DNA of 64,000 bases from an uncultured Candidatus Saccharibacteria bacterium (GCA_964412965.1 CAYPQU010000002.1:26004-90003); one strand, 5' to 3'; counted from the stretch's first letter, positions 48,091-56,726 are shown. Notes: a model not told the origin generated them from the sequence alone. Numbers and translations are program-made.

Positions 48091-48366
48091 ATGGCAAAAA
48101 AGTTATATGTTGGAGGTCTACCTTACAGTACTTCTAACGACGAGCTAAAAGCTCATTTCAGTACAGCAGGAGAAGTTTCTTCTGCAACCATTATCATGGA
48201 TAAGATGACAAATCGCTCAAAAGGTTTTGGATTCGTAGAATTCGAAAACGATGCTGATGCTGAACAAGCCATCTCAATGTTTGACGGTAAAGATTTCGGA
48301 GGAAGAAAGCTTACAGTAAATGAAGCTCGACCCATGGAAGAAAGACCTAGAAACTTTCAAAGATAA
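48091..48366 (+). CDS. RRM-type RNA-binding protein (glycine-poor Rbp-like, ~91 aa)
   Basis: RNP-2 LYVGGL and RNP-1 KGFGFVEF. The ORF track starts at 47965, but that 42-aa extension is unlike bacterial RRM proteins; the region is better explained as a structured ~190-nt leader downstream of a TGATATAAT box at ~47884-47892. Confidence 0.65.
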   Translation: MAKKLYVGGLPYSTSNDELKAHFSTAGEVSSATIIMDKMTNRSKGFGFVEFENDADAEQAISMFDGKDFGGRKLTVNEARPMEERPRNFQR

Positions 48367-48372
48367 ACAAAA

Positions 48373-48405
48373 AACCACATATTTAAAGTATGTGGTTTTT
48401 TGTTT
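48373..48405 (+). terminator. intrinsic terminator after the RRM gene (accacata...tatgtggt plus T-run)
   Basis: Seen directly. Confidence 0.7.
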
Positions 48406-48457
48406 GCAAAATAATACTTTTTTTGTTATATTTTTAGAGTTAAATAATAAATTTAAT

Positions 48458-48491
48458 GCGTGTGTAGTTCAGTGGTAGAACGCTGTTCTGA
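48458..48491 (+). pseudogene. 5'-half copy of tRNA-Ile (acceptor 5' strand through anticodon-loop start), one SNP relative to the full gene
   Basis: GCGTGTGTAGTTCAGTGGTAGAACGCTGTTCTGA is identical to positions 1-34 of the full tRNA at 48552, except C31T. Confidence 0.5.
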
Positions 48492-48551
48492 GTTTTTATA
48501 AAAATAAATGGTTCATTCGTTAAAAATGAGAAAATAAATAGTTTCTTGAGT

Positions 48552-48623
48552 GCGTGTGTAGTTCAGTGGTAGAACGCTGTCCTGATAAGACAGAGGTCGA
48601 AGGTCCGATTCCTTCCACACGCA
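48552..48623 (+). tRNA. tRNA-Ile (anticodon GAT)
   Basis: GCGTGTGTAGTTCAGTGGTAGAACGCTGTCCTGATAAGACAGAGGTCGAAGGTCCGATTCCTTCCACACGCA folds as a cloverleaf. Anticodon loop CUGAUAA and variable loop AGGUC match bacterial tRNA-Ile(GAU). The T-loop TCCGATT has an unusual C55. Discriminator A; no CCA. Confidence 0.8.
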
Positions 48624-48667
48624 CTGAGGACATTATTTATTTTTCATTTTAACTCACTGCCATTTAA

Positions 48668-48706
48668 AAGACAGAGGTCGAAGGTCCGATTCCTTCCACA
48701 TGCACA
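48668..48706 (+). pseudogene. 3'-half copy of tRNA-Ile (anticodon 3' stem through acceptor 3' end), one SNP
   Basis: AAGACAGAGGTCGAAGGTCCGATTCCTTCCACATGCAC is identical to the 3' half of the full tRNA except C70T. It overlaps the first ATG of the downstream ORF. Confidence 0.5.
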
Positions 48707-49398
48707 ACATGATTCTTCAAGAATTACTATCTCAAAGAGACACTCAAAAAGAAGAGGTTTTTGTTCATTTTTTTAAAACAGGAAAAGGCCAGTATGGGGA
48801 AGGAGATCTCTTTCTTGGAATTAGTGTTCCTGAAACAAGAAAGATTGCTCTTAAATACAAAAATTTATCTTTAGAAAAAATACAAAAACTTTTAAATAAT
48901 AAGTACCACGAATGCAGGCTAGCTGCTCTAATGATTTTAGTTTACCAATTTAAAAAAGGCGACGACAATCTAAAAACAAAAATATTTAATTTTTACCTAA
49001 AAAATACTAAAAACATAAATAGCTGGGATTTGGTAGATTTGTCTGTTTACCATATAGTAGGGGATTATCTTCTAGGCAGAGATAGAAAAATTTTATACAA
49101 ACTAGCTAAATCTAAAAATATGTGGGAGCGCAGAATGTCTATGGTTTCAACTTTTGCTTTTATAAAAAACAGAGAACTTAATGATACCTTCAACATAACC
49201 AAAATACTTATTTCAGACAAAGAAGATCTTATTCATAAAGCTTGTGGTTGGATGCTAAGAGAAGCCGGCAAAAGAGTCTCAGAAAAAGAATTAACTAATT
49301 TTTTAGAGAACAATACTTTTAATATGCCTCGAACCATGCTCCGATACGCCATTGAGAGGTTGCCCGAACCTAAAAGACAATATTTCCTCAAAAAATAA
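48700..49398 (+). CDS. DNA alkylation repair enzyme (AlkD-like HEAT-repeat glycosylase family)
   Basis: FFKTGKGQYGEGDLFLGISVPETRKIA...HECRLAALMIL, plus a W/D-containing C-terminal repeat. The start may instead be the ATG at 48709. Confidence 0.65.
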   Translation: MHNMILQELLSQRDTQKEEVFVHFFKTGKGQYGEGDLFLGISVPETRKIALKYKNLSLEKIQKLLNNKYHECRLAALMILVYQFKKGDDNLKTKIFNFYLKNTKNINSWDLVDLSVYHIVGDYLLGRDRKILYKLAKSKNMWERRMSMVSTFAFIKNRELNDTFNITKILISDKEDLIHKACGWMLREAGKRVSEKELTNFLENNTFNMPRTMLRYAIERLPEPKRQYFLKK

Positions 49399-49451
49399 AG
49401 GGTGCGTTTAATTGATTTTAATCTAAAATTTTAGTATAAATATAGACGTAT

Positions 49452-49470
49452 AAGGGGCTACCCCTTTTTT
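49452..49470 (+). terminator. short intrinsic terminator (agggg-cta-cccct plus T6)
   Basis: Seen directly. Confidence 0.5.
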
Positions 49471-49504
49471 GTTTGTAATTTTTATTATTAATTTATATTA
49501 TTTT

Positions 49505-52174
49505 ATGTCGCAGAAAAAAATCAACAAATTCGTCTATGCCTTTGAAGAAGGGAATAGAAACATGAAGGAAATTCTCGGTGGTAAAGGAGCGAACCTGGCC
49601 GAAATGAAAAATCTAGGAATCAACGTTCCTCCTGGATTTACAATATCTACACAAGCCTGCAAAATTTACAATGATTTAGGAAAGAAAATTACTCCAGAAA
49701 TGGAAACCCAAATTAAAAGCAATCTAGCCAGTCTTGAAAAAAAGATGGGTAAAAAGCTAGGAGACGCAAAAAACCCTCTTTTGGTTTCAGTTAGATCGGG
49801 AGCAGTAGCTTCTATGCCAGGAATGATGGATACCATCTTGAACCTTGGGCTTAATGATGAATCAGTTAAAGGATTAGCAGAAAAAACCGGTAACGAAAGA
49901 TTTGCCTGGGATTCTTATCGTCGATTAATTCAAATGTTAGGAAATGTTGTATTGGAAGTAGATCATGATGAATTCGAGCACATACTTGAATCCGTTAAGG
50001 AAAACAAAAAAGCAAAATTTGATACAGACCTTAGCGCAGAAGACTTGAAAGAAGTGGTAACTAAATACAAGGCAATGATTAAAAAAGTTACTAAAAAAGA
50101 TTTTCCTCAAGATCCAAAAATTCAATTAGATTTATCTATTAGAGCAGTATTTAATTCTTGGAATAATTACAGGGCTATTCGCTATCGCGAAATAAACAAC
50201 ATCAAGGGACTTATCGGAACTGCTGTTAACGTTCAAGCCATGGTTTTTGGAAACCTTGGAGAAGATTCTGGAACGGGTGTTTGCTTCACAAGAAATCCTT
50301 CTACGGGAGAAGCTAAATTCTATGGAGAATATTTGATGAACGCGCAAGGAGAAGATGTTGTAGCGGGAATTCGAACTCCTCTTGCTGTTTCTACTCTTCA
50401 AAAAAGTAATCCAAAAATATACAAAGAGTTAGTGAATGTGTGCAATAAAGTAGAAAAGCACTACAAAGACATGCAGGACATGGAGTTCACTATCGAGAAA
50501 GGAATCTTGTATATTCTGCAAGCAAGAAACGGAAAAAGAACAGTTGAAGCTGGGGTAAAAATTGCTGTAGATATGGTGAAGGAAAAATTAATAACAAAAG
50601 AAGAAGCTATTTTAAGAATAGATCCTAATCAACTTAATCAACTTCTTCACAAGCAATTCGATCAAAAAGCCCTAGCCAAAGCCGAAGCGGTAGCACAGGG
50701 ATTACCAGCTTCTCCAGGAGCAGCGGTAGGAGAAATAGTTTTCAATGCTAGTGATGCTCTTATGAAAACAGAAAAAGGATTGAGCGTTGTATTAGTAAGA
50801 ACAGAAACTTCTCCAGAAGACATTGATGGAATGCACAGTGCAAAAGGAATCTTAACAGCAAGAGGAGGAATGACTTCTCACGCAGCAGTGGTTGCTCGAG
50901 GTATGGGGACTTGTTGCGTTGCTGGATGTTCAGATCTAATAATTGACGAAAAAAAGAAAACACTTGTTATTAAAAGCAAAGGATTGACACTCAAAGAAGG
51001 TGATTATATTTCTCTAGATGGATCTACCGGAAAAGTTTATGTAGGGAAAATTGATACCAAAGAACCAGAACTTTCTGGAAACTTTGGAAAACTCATGTCT
51101 TGGGCTGATGAATATCGAAAAATAGGCATCAGGACTAATGCAGATACTCCTAAGGATGCTAAAACAGCTAGAGAATTCGGTGCTGAGGGTATTGGACTAT
51201 GCAGAACCGAACACATGTTTTTCGATGGTCCTAGAATTAAAGCAATTCGAGAAATGATTTTATCAAATGATGTTGATAGTAGAAAAAAAGCCCTAGCCAA
51301 ACTTCTTCCTTTCCAGAGAGATGATTTTGCAGGACTATTCCACACCATGGATGGATTCCCGGTTACTGTTAGGTTCCTAGACCCTCCTCTGCACGAATTC
51401 TTGCCTACAAAAGAAAAAGATATTGCTGAAATATCTAAAGAAATGGGAGTTTCTACAAATGTTTTAAAAGCAAAAATAGAAGAATTGCATGAGTTTAACC
51501 CAATGTTAGGACACAGAGGATGTCGACTAGCAGTTACTTACCCAGAAATATATGAAATGCAAACCAATGCTGTTATTGAGGCTGCAATTTTGGTTTCAAA
51601 AAAATGTCCTATATGTGGCAAAAAACACAAAGTCTCTCCAGAAATAATGATTCCTTTGGTTGCTACAACAAAAGAATTTTCTATCTTAAAAGATGGTGTT
51701 GTAGAAATTGTTGAAAAGAAAATCAAAGAAGCTAAGATAAAGATGAGTTACAAGGTCGGGACCATGATAGAAGTTCCAAGAGCAACAATGGTAGCAGACA
51801 AAATAGTAGAAGCTGGAGCAGAATTCTTTTCATTTGGAACAAACGATCTTACCCAGATGGGAGCTGGTATTTCTAGAGACGATGCAGGAAAATTCTTAAA
51901 AGAATATGTGGCTAAAGGCATTTACGACAACGATCCATTTGAAACCCTAGACCAAGAAGGGGTTGGAGAGTTAATTAAAATTGCTATCAAAAAAGGACGC
52001 GGTGTTAAAAAGGATTTAAAAATTGGTATTTGTGGAGAACATGGAGGAGAACCAAAAACTGTTGAATTTTGTCACAACGAAGGATTCTCTTATGTTTCTT
52101 GTTCACCATTTAGAGTCCCAATCGCAAGATTAGCAGCCGCTCAAGCTGTTATCAAAAATAAAGCGAAAAAATAA
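49505..52174 (+). CDS. ppdK: pyruvate, phosphate dikinase
   Basis: FEEGNRNMKEILGGKGANLAEM, the phosphohistidine domain (GGMTSHAAVVARGMG) and the PEP-utilising TIM barrel (CGEHGG). ATG at 49505. Confidence 0.9.
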   Translation: MSQKKINKFVYAFEEGNRNMKEILGGKGANLAEMKNLGINVPPGFTISTQACKIYNDLGKKITPEMETQIKSNLASLEKKMGKKLGDAKNPLLVSVRSGAVASMPGMMDTILNLGLNDESVKGLAEKTGNERFAWDSYRRLIQMLGNVVLEVDHDEFEHILESVKENKKAKFDTDLSAEDLKEVVTKYKAMIKKVTKKDFPQDPKIQLDLSIRAVFNSWNNYRAIRYREINNIKGLIGTAVNVQAMVFGNLGEDSGTGVCFTRNPSTGEAKFYGEYLMNAQGEDVVAGIRTPLAVSTLQKSNPKIYKELVNVCNKVEKHYKDMQDMEFTIEKGILYILQARNGKRTVEAGVKIAVDMVKEKLITKEEAILRIDPNQLNQLLHKQFDQKALAKAEAVAQGLPASPGAAVGEIVFNASDALMKTEKGLSVVLVRTETSPEDIDGMHSAKGILTARGGMTSHAAVVARGMGTCCVAGCSDLIIDEKKKTLVIKSKGLTLKEGDYISLDGSTGKVYVGKIDTKEPELSGNFGKLMSWADEYRKIGIRTNADTPKDAKTAREFGAEGIGLCRTEHMFFDGPRIKAIREMILSNDVDSRKKALAKLLPFQRDDFAGLFHTMDGFPVTVRFLDPPLHEFLPTKEKDIAEISKEMGVSTNVLKAKIEELHEFNPMLGHRGCRLAVTYPEIYEMQTNAVIEAAILVSKKCPICGKKHKVSPEIMIPLVATTKEFSILKDGVVEIVEKKIKEAKIKMSYKVGTMIEVPRATMVADKIVEAGAEFFSFGTNDLTQMGAGISRDDAGKFLKEYVAKGIYDNDPFETLDQEGVGELIKIAIKKGRGVKKDLKIGICGEHGGEPKTVEFCHNEGFSYVSCSPFRVPIARLAAAQAVIKNKAKK

Positions 52175-52187
52175 TTAATGGAGACTA

Positions 52188-52222
52188 AAAACACCCAAGG
52201 TCTTAACCTTGGGTGTTTTTGA
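52188..52222 (+). terminator. intrinsic terminator after ppdK (12-bp stem aaacacccaagg/ccttgggtgttt)
   Basis: Seen directly. Confidence 0.7.
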
Positions 52223-52246
52223 TTTATAAGATGTTATAATTGAAAC

Positions 52247-53923
52247 ATGACTCAAGACCAGGCATTTTTAATCATGAAAACAGGAGTAAATATTTATCTT
52301 ACAGGAAGTGCAGGAAGTGGAAAAACTTATTTACTTAATAAATATATTTCTTATCTAGAAGAACACGATATTCCTGTGGCCATAACTGCTTCGACAGGAA
52401 TCGCCGCTACACACATGAACGGAATGACTATTCATAGTTGGTCTGGAATGGGTATAAAAGAAAAACTAGACGACATGGAATTAGAAAGACTGGAAGAAAA
52501 AAAATATCTTTGGAAAAGATTTGAAAAAGCAAAAGTCCTTATCATAGATGAAATTTCTATGCTTCACGCAAATCAACTAGATATGGTTGAAAGGATTTGT
52601 CGAAAATTCAAAAGAAAGGAAAAACCATTCGGAGGATTACAGGTTATTTTGTCTGGAGACTTTTTTCAACTTCCCCCTATAACCAAAAAAGAAGATAGTG
52701 AATCAGGCATGATATGCAACTCTAATGCTTGGCAAATCTTAAACCCAGCAATTTGTTACCTTGAAGAGCAACATCGCCAAGAAGACAATGCGCTAACAGA
52801 GATACTAAACATGATTAGGAAAAATCAGATTAATTTCAAGCATCATGAAATATTAAAAAGCCGCATCGGACAAACTTTAGAAAATGAAATTCGTGCAACA
52901 AGACTTTACACTCACAATATCAACGTAGATGAAATAAATGAAAAAGAACTTTCTCTAATCGAAGAAGAAGAAATGATTTTTCTAATGACTGACAATGGAC
53001 CAGAAAATTTAGTTTCTATTTTAAAAAAAAGCTGTTTAGCTCACGAAAAATTAAAATTAAAAATTGGAGCTGAAGTAATGTGCGTAAAAAATAATTTTGA
53101 AGAAGGGTATGTTAACGGGTCGAGGGGAAAAATCATAGGATTTGAAAGCTTGAATGGCAATCCTATTGTAAAACTTTATAATGGTAAAAAAATAATCTTA
53201 AAACCTGAAATTTGGGCTATCGAAGAAGATGGTAAAATCAAAGCCTCTGTTTCTCAAATACCACTCAGGTTGGCATGGGCCATCACAATACACAAAAGCC
53301 AAGGAATGTCTCTAGATAACGCAGAAATAGACCTTAGGAGCACTTTTGGTTATGGAATGGGGTATGTGGCCCTATCTAGAGTAAGATCGCTTGAAGGGAT
53401 TAGTCTTGTCGGCTACAGTACCGAATCGCTACAAGTTAATCCGATAGTATTAAGTCTTGATGAAAATCTTCAAAATCAAAGTTATCAGAATGAACTTTTG
53501 TTTAAGAAATTAACGAAAGCACAACAAAAAAAACTAGAAGAAGATTTTATTTTAAGCATGGGCGGGAAAATAAATAAAATAAAAATCAAAAACAAACTAG
53601 CTATTAAAGACACCAAGGTGCCTACAGTGCAAATAACAAGAGAGTTGCTTGAAAAGAAAAAAACTGTCTCGCAAATATCTAAAGAAAGAAATTTAACCAA
53701 AGAGACTATTATAAAACACATAGAAGAAATTGCTAAAAAAGAGGGGTGTTCACATATAGCTCATTTAAAACCAAACGAGAAAGATATTAATGCCATAAAA
53801 AAAGCCCTAGGGAAAATAAAAACTGAGGACAAATCTAGGCTTACCCCTATAAAAATTTTATTAGAAAAAGAAGGAAACAACATGTCGTTTGAAAGAATTA
53901 GAATAGCTCGATTATTTTTATAA
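52247..53923 (+). CDS. PIF1/RecD-family ATP-dependent DNA helicase with a C-terminal HTH-like tail
   Basis: Walker A GSAGSGKT, ASTGIAA...GMTIHS, Walker B LIIDEISML, the Pif1-type GDFFQLPPI, and a 2B/SH3-like segment. Confidence 0.75.
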   Translation: MTQDQAFLIMKTGVNIYLTGSAGSGKTYLLNKYISYLEEHDIPVAITASTGIAATHMNGMTIHSWSGMGIKEKLDDMELERLEEKKYLWKRFEKAKVLIIDEISMLHANQLDMVERICRKFKRKEKPFGGLQVILSGDFFQLPPITKKEDSESGMICNSNAWQILNPAICYLEEQHRQEDNALTEILNMIRKNQINFKHHEILKSRIGQTLENEIRATRLYTHNINVDEINEKELSLIEEEEMIFLMTDNGPENLVSILKKSCLAHEKLKLKIGAEVMCVKNNFEEGYVNGSRGKIIGFESLNGNPIVKLYNGKKIILKPEIWAIEEDGKIKASVSQIPLRLAWAITIHKSQGMSLDNAEIDLRSTFGYGMGYVALSRVRSLEGISLVGYSTESLQVNPIVLSLDENLQNQSYQNELLFKKLTKAQQKKLEEDFILSMGGKINKIKIKNKLAIKDTKVPTVQITRELLEKKKTVSQISKERNLTKETIIKHIEEIAKKEGCSHIAHLKPNEKDINAIKKALGKIKTEDKSRLTPIKILLEKEGNNMSFERIRIARLFL

Positions 53924-53943
53924 AATAATATAATATAAACTAT

Positions 53944-54690
53944 ATGAATAAATTTATTTTCAAAAAAATAATATTAATATTGCTAATTATTATCATTGTT
54001 ATCCTTATTGTTTTTAGTTTACTAAAAAATTTTAGTGTTAACAAAATTACAGATAGAGAGATATCAGTTGATAATAAAGAATATTGTTATTACAAAGAAG
54101 ATTTTAAGACAAGTGGTTATAGTGATGTCGCTTGGATGAAAATTTCAGAAAATGGAAATACCGTAAAGGGGGAATTTAGGAACCTACCAGCAGAAACAGA
54201 CTCCAAGGTTGGATTATTCACGGGCTTAATAATGAAATCAGACCTACAAAATAATATAAAAACCGCCGATGTTATCTGGAATACTTTTGCCGAAGGAATG
54301 AACAACAAAGAACAGTTAATTTTTGATTACGGGAAAGATTCTGCGATTGTTTATTTTGGTGAAATGCAAGAAGAAGGGGAGGGTGGTTTTTTTGTTTTTA
54401 AAAATAAAAATAATCTTTTTCCACAAAACAAAATGAACAGCATGGATTGCTTAGAACTTGAAGAGAAAATCAGTGTCGAACAATACATAAGAGAAAATAT
54501 TAAAAATATATCAAACACCAAAGAAGTTTTAGGCGGGAGCTGGTATGTTGCAAAGTTAAAAATAGACAACCAAAATAACACCGGAGAAGTTGAGTATGAG
54601 GATGGTCACATATTAGAGAAAGCTTCTTTTGATTACGAGTATGACATTGTGACAAAAAACATAAATGTCTTAAATTTTAAACAATTCTAA
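53944..54690 (+). CDS. hypothetical membrane-anchored protein
   Basis: N-terminal TM helix (ILILLIIIIVILIVFSLL); no motif recognised. Confidence 0.3.
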   Translation: MNKFIFKKIILILLIIIIVILIVFSLLKNFSVNKITDREISVDNKEYCYYKEDFKTSGYSDVAWMKISENGNTVKGEFRNLPAETDSKVGLFTGLIMKSDLQNNIKTADVIWNTFAEGMNNKEQLIFDYGKDSAIVYFGEMQEEGEGGFFVFKNKNNLFPQNKMNSMDCLELEEKISVEQYIRENIKNISNTKEVLGGSWYVAKLKIDNQNNTGEVEYEDGHILEKASFDYEYDIVTKNINVLNFKQF

Positions 54691-54757
54691 TTATCGCTTT
54701 TGTAAAAAGGGTGATATAATTAAGTTATTATTAACATAAATTTCTAAAACAAAAAAT

Positions 54758-54820
54758 ATGGCAAAAGGAATGACTCACAAAAAAGATGTGAAGAAACCAA
54801 AGAAGGGGACAAAGAAGTAA
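54758..54820 (+). CDS. candidate 20-aa lysine-rich peptide (MAKGMTHKKDVKKPKKGTKK) on a ~130-nt promoter-to-terminator unit; could instead be an sRNA
   Basis: GTGATATAAT extended -10 at 54711-54720, and a strong terminator at 54826-54855 directly after the stop. No SD. Confidence 0.2.
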   Translation: MAKGMTHKKDVKKPKKGTKK

Positions 54821-54825
54821 CAAAA

Positions 54826-54855
54826 ACCTCCAGTTTTAACTGGAGGTTTTTGTTT
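54826..54855 (+). terminator. intrinsic terminator (cctccagt-ttta-actggagg plus T5)
   Basis: Seen directly. Confidence 0.7.
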
Positions 54856-54910
54856 GGGATAAACCTGTTTTTATTATATAATGAGAACATAAAATTAATA
54901 CAAAGAAGAT

Positions 54911-55705
54911 ATGGAATCAAAAACAAAAATAATAGCAACACTAGGTCCGGCCAGTGAAAAAGATTCAATCGTTAGTGACTTGATAAAACACAAGGTAAAC
55001 ATGTTTCGCCTTAATTTTTCTTGGGGGACTCACGATTGGCACAAAGAACACATAAAGAATATCCGAAAAATATCATGTGATTACAACACACAAATTGATA
55101 TTATGCAAGACCTGTCTGGTCCAAGGGTTCAAGAAGAATCTGGTCATCGATTTGATAGAGAAAAATGCGGGGGGATAATCACAGAAAAAGATAGGAACGA
55201 TTTATCTTTTGGTATAAAAGAAGGAGTAGATTATGTTGCCATGTCTTTTGTCGGCTGCGCACAAGATGTAACTGAATTAAAAAATCTAATTTCTGATTTG
55301 GGTGGAAATCAAAAAGTTTTATCAAAAATAGAAAGGATAGAAGCAATTAACAATATCGATGAAATTATTGATGTTTCAGACGGAATTATTATCGCACGAG
55401 GAGATTTAGGAAACGAAATACCAATAGAAGAAATTCCTTTTGTTCAACATAAAATAATTAATAAATGTAATCAGTCAGGTAAAATGGTCATAGTTGCAAC
55501 TCAAATGCTTTATTCAATGGTAGAAAATAGTGTACCAACCAGAGCCGAAGTCTCTGATGTTGCTTATGCCATTATAGACGGAGCCAATGGTATATTGTTA
55601 TCAGATGAAACAGCCCGAGGTAGATATCCTGTTGAGTCAATAGAAATACTGGAAAGGATTGCTACGAACGCAGAAAAACACAGTGACATAACATTAATAG
55701 GTTAA
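54911..55705 (+). CDS. minimal pyruvate kinase-like protein (A/TIM-barrel domain only; B-lid and C-terminal allosteric domains absent)
   Basis: TKIIATLGPAS, NMFRLNFSWG, MVIVATQMLYSMVENSVPTRAEVSDVAYAIIDGANGILLSDETARGRYPVE (PK active-site segments). Only ~15 aa separate the GP-R and MSFV motifs where the B domain normally sits. The protein ends right after the barrel (264 aa versus ~470). Confidence 0.7.
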   Translation: MESKTKIIATLGPASEKDSIVSDLIKHKVNMFRLNFSWGTHDWHKEHIKNIRKISCDYNTQIDIMQDLSGPRVQEESGHRFDREKCGGIITEKDRNDLSFGIKEGVDYVAMSFVGCAQDVTELKNLISDLGGNQKVLSKIERIEAINNIDEIIDVSDGIIIARGDLGNEIPIEEIPFVQHKIINKCNQSGKMVIVATQMLYSMVENSVPTRAEVSDVAYAIIDGANGILLSDETARGRYPVESIEILERIATNAEKHSDITLIG

Positions 55706-55719
55706 AAAATAATTTCAAA

Positions 55720-56694
55720 ATGCAAGAAGAAAAAATAATTTATATTACAAGAAAAATACCAGAACCTGGATTAAAACTATTGGATGAAAAAGGAATAAAG
55801 TATGACATCGGCAATTTCAAAAAACCTCCAACCACTAAAGATCTTAAAAAAGAATTGCTAAAGAAAAATTATACCGGAGTCATTTCTTTCTTGACCGACA
55901 AAATAGATGCCGAGATAATGGAAGCTTTCCCTGGGATAAAAATTTATTCCAATTTTGCTGTCGGCTATGACAACCTAAACATTGAAGATGCAAAAACACG
56001 AGGTATTTTCCTTACAAACACTCCTGGAACATCGGCCATGGCAGTTGCTGAACACACTGTCGCTTTAATGCTAGCTTTAACGACTAGATTAGTTGAAGGA
56101 GACGAATACATGAGGTGTGGTAAATATAAAGGATGGGATCCAAATATTTTTATTGGAACAGACCTTAGAGGTAAAATAATTGGACTTATTGGTGCTGGAC
56201 AGATAGGAACCGAGGTTGCAAAGATGCTTCGATATGGATTTGGAGCTAATATTATTTATAGTGATATAAAAAGAAATACTGACTTGGAAAACATTGATGG
56301 AATTGTAAGACGAGAAACCGAAGAAGTTTTAAGAGAGTCAGACATCGTATCTCTACATGTTCCGCTATTGCCAACAACAAAACATTTAATAAATTCTGAG
56401 ACTCTTAAAACAATGAAGCCAACTGCTTTTTTAATTAATACATCCAGAGGTCCCGTAGTCGATGAAAAAGCTCTAATAGAAGCCCTGGAAAAAGATATTA
56501 TTAGAGGTGCAGGATTGGACGTTTTTGAATTTGAGCCAAAACTGTCTAGGGGGTTAACCAAGCTCCCAGACGTTATCATCACTCCACACATTGCTTCTTC
56601 TAGACAATCTGCGCGAGAAATGATGTCGATAATTGCCGTTCAAAACATCATCTCTTTCTTAGAGACAGGTAAACCAATAAACAATATTTACTAA
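55720..56694 (+). CDS. D-isomer-specific 2-hydroxyacid dehydrogenase (glycerate/hydroxypyruvate/phosphoglycerate DH family)
   Basis: NAD-binding GLIGAGQIGTEVAKM and the catalytic R...E..H context (TPHIASS). Confidence 0.8.
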   Translation: MQEEKIIYITRKIPEPGLKLLDEKGIKYDIGNFKKPPTTKDLKKELLKKNYTGVISFLTDKIDAEIMEAFPGIKIYSNFAVGYDNLNIEDAKTRGIFLTNTPGTSAMAVAEHTVALMLALTTRLVEGDEYMRCGKYKGWDPNIFIGTDLRGKIIGLIGAGQIGTEVAKMLRYGFGANIIYSDIKRNTDLENIDGIVRRETEEVLRESDIVSLHVPLLPTTKHLINSETLKTMKPTAFLINTSRGPVVDEKALIEALEKDIIRGAGLDVFEFEPKLSRGLTKLPDVIITPHIASSRQSAREMMSIIAVQNIISFLETGKPINNIY

Positions 56695-56702
56695 TTATTT
56701 TA

Positions 56703-56726
56703 AAAGGACCACTTGTGGTCCTTTTA
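56703..56726 (+). terminator. hairpin aaaggacc-acttgt-ggtccttt
   Basis: Seen directly; the T-run is partly within the stem. Confidence 0.45.

Noticed and set aside
48492-48667. The sequence between the tRNA-Ile half copies as a tRNA intron (group I or BHB-type)
   Set aside because: It is only ~175 nt and contains a complete, independently foldable tRNA-Ile. It has no group I core (P3-P7) features. Joining the halves would interrupt the anticodon itself rather than the canonical 37/38 position.
54744-54968. Minus-strand ORF 54744..54968 (74 aa)
   Set aside because: It overlaps the plus-strand promoter, peptide and terminator unit and the 5' end of the PK-like gene. It has no RBS and a low-complexity translation.
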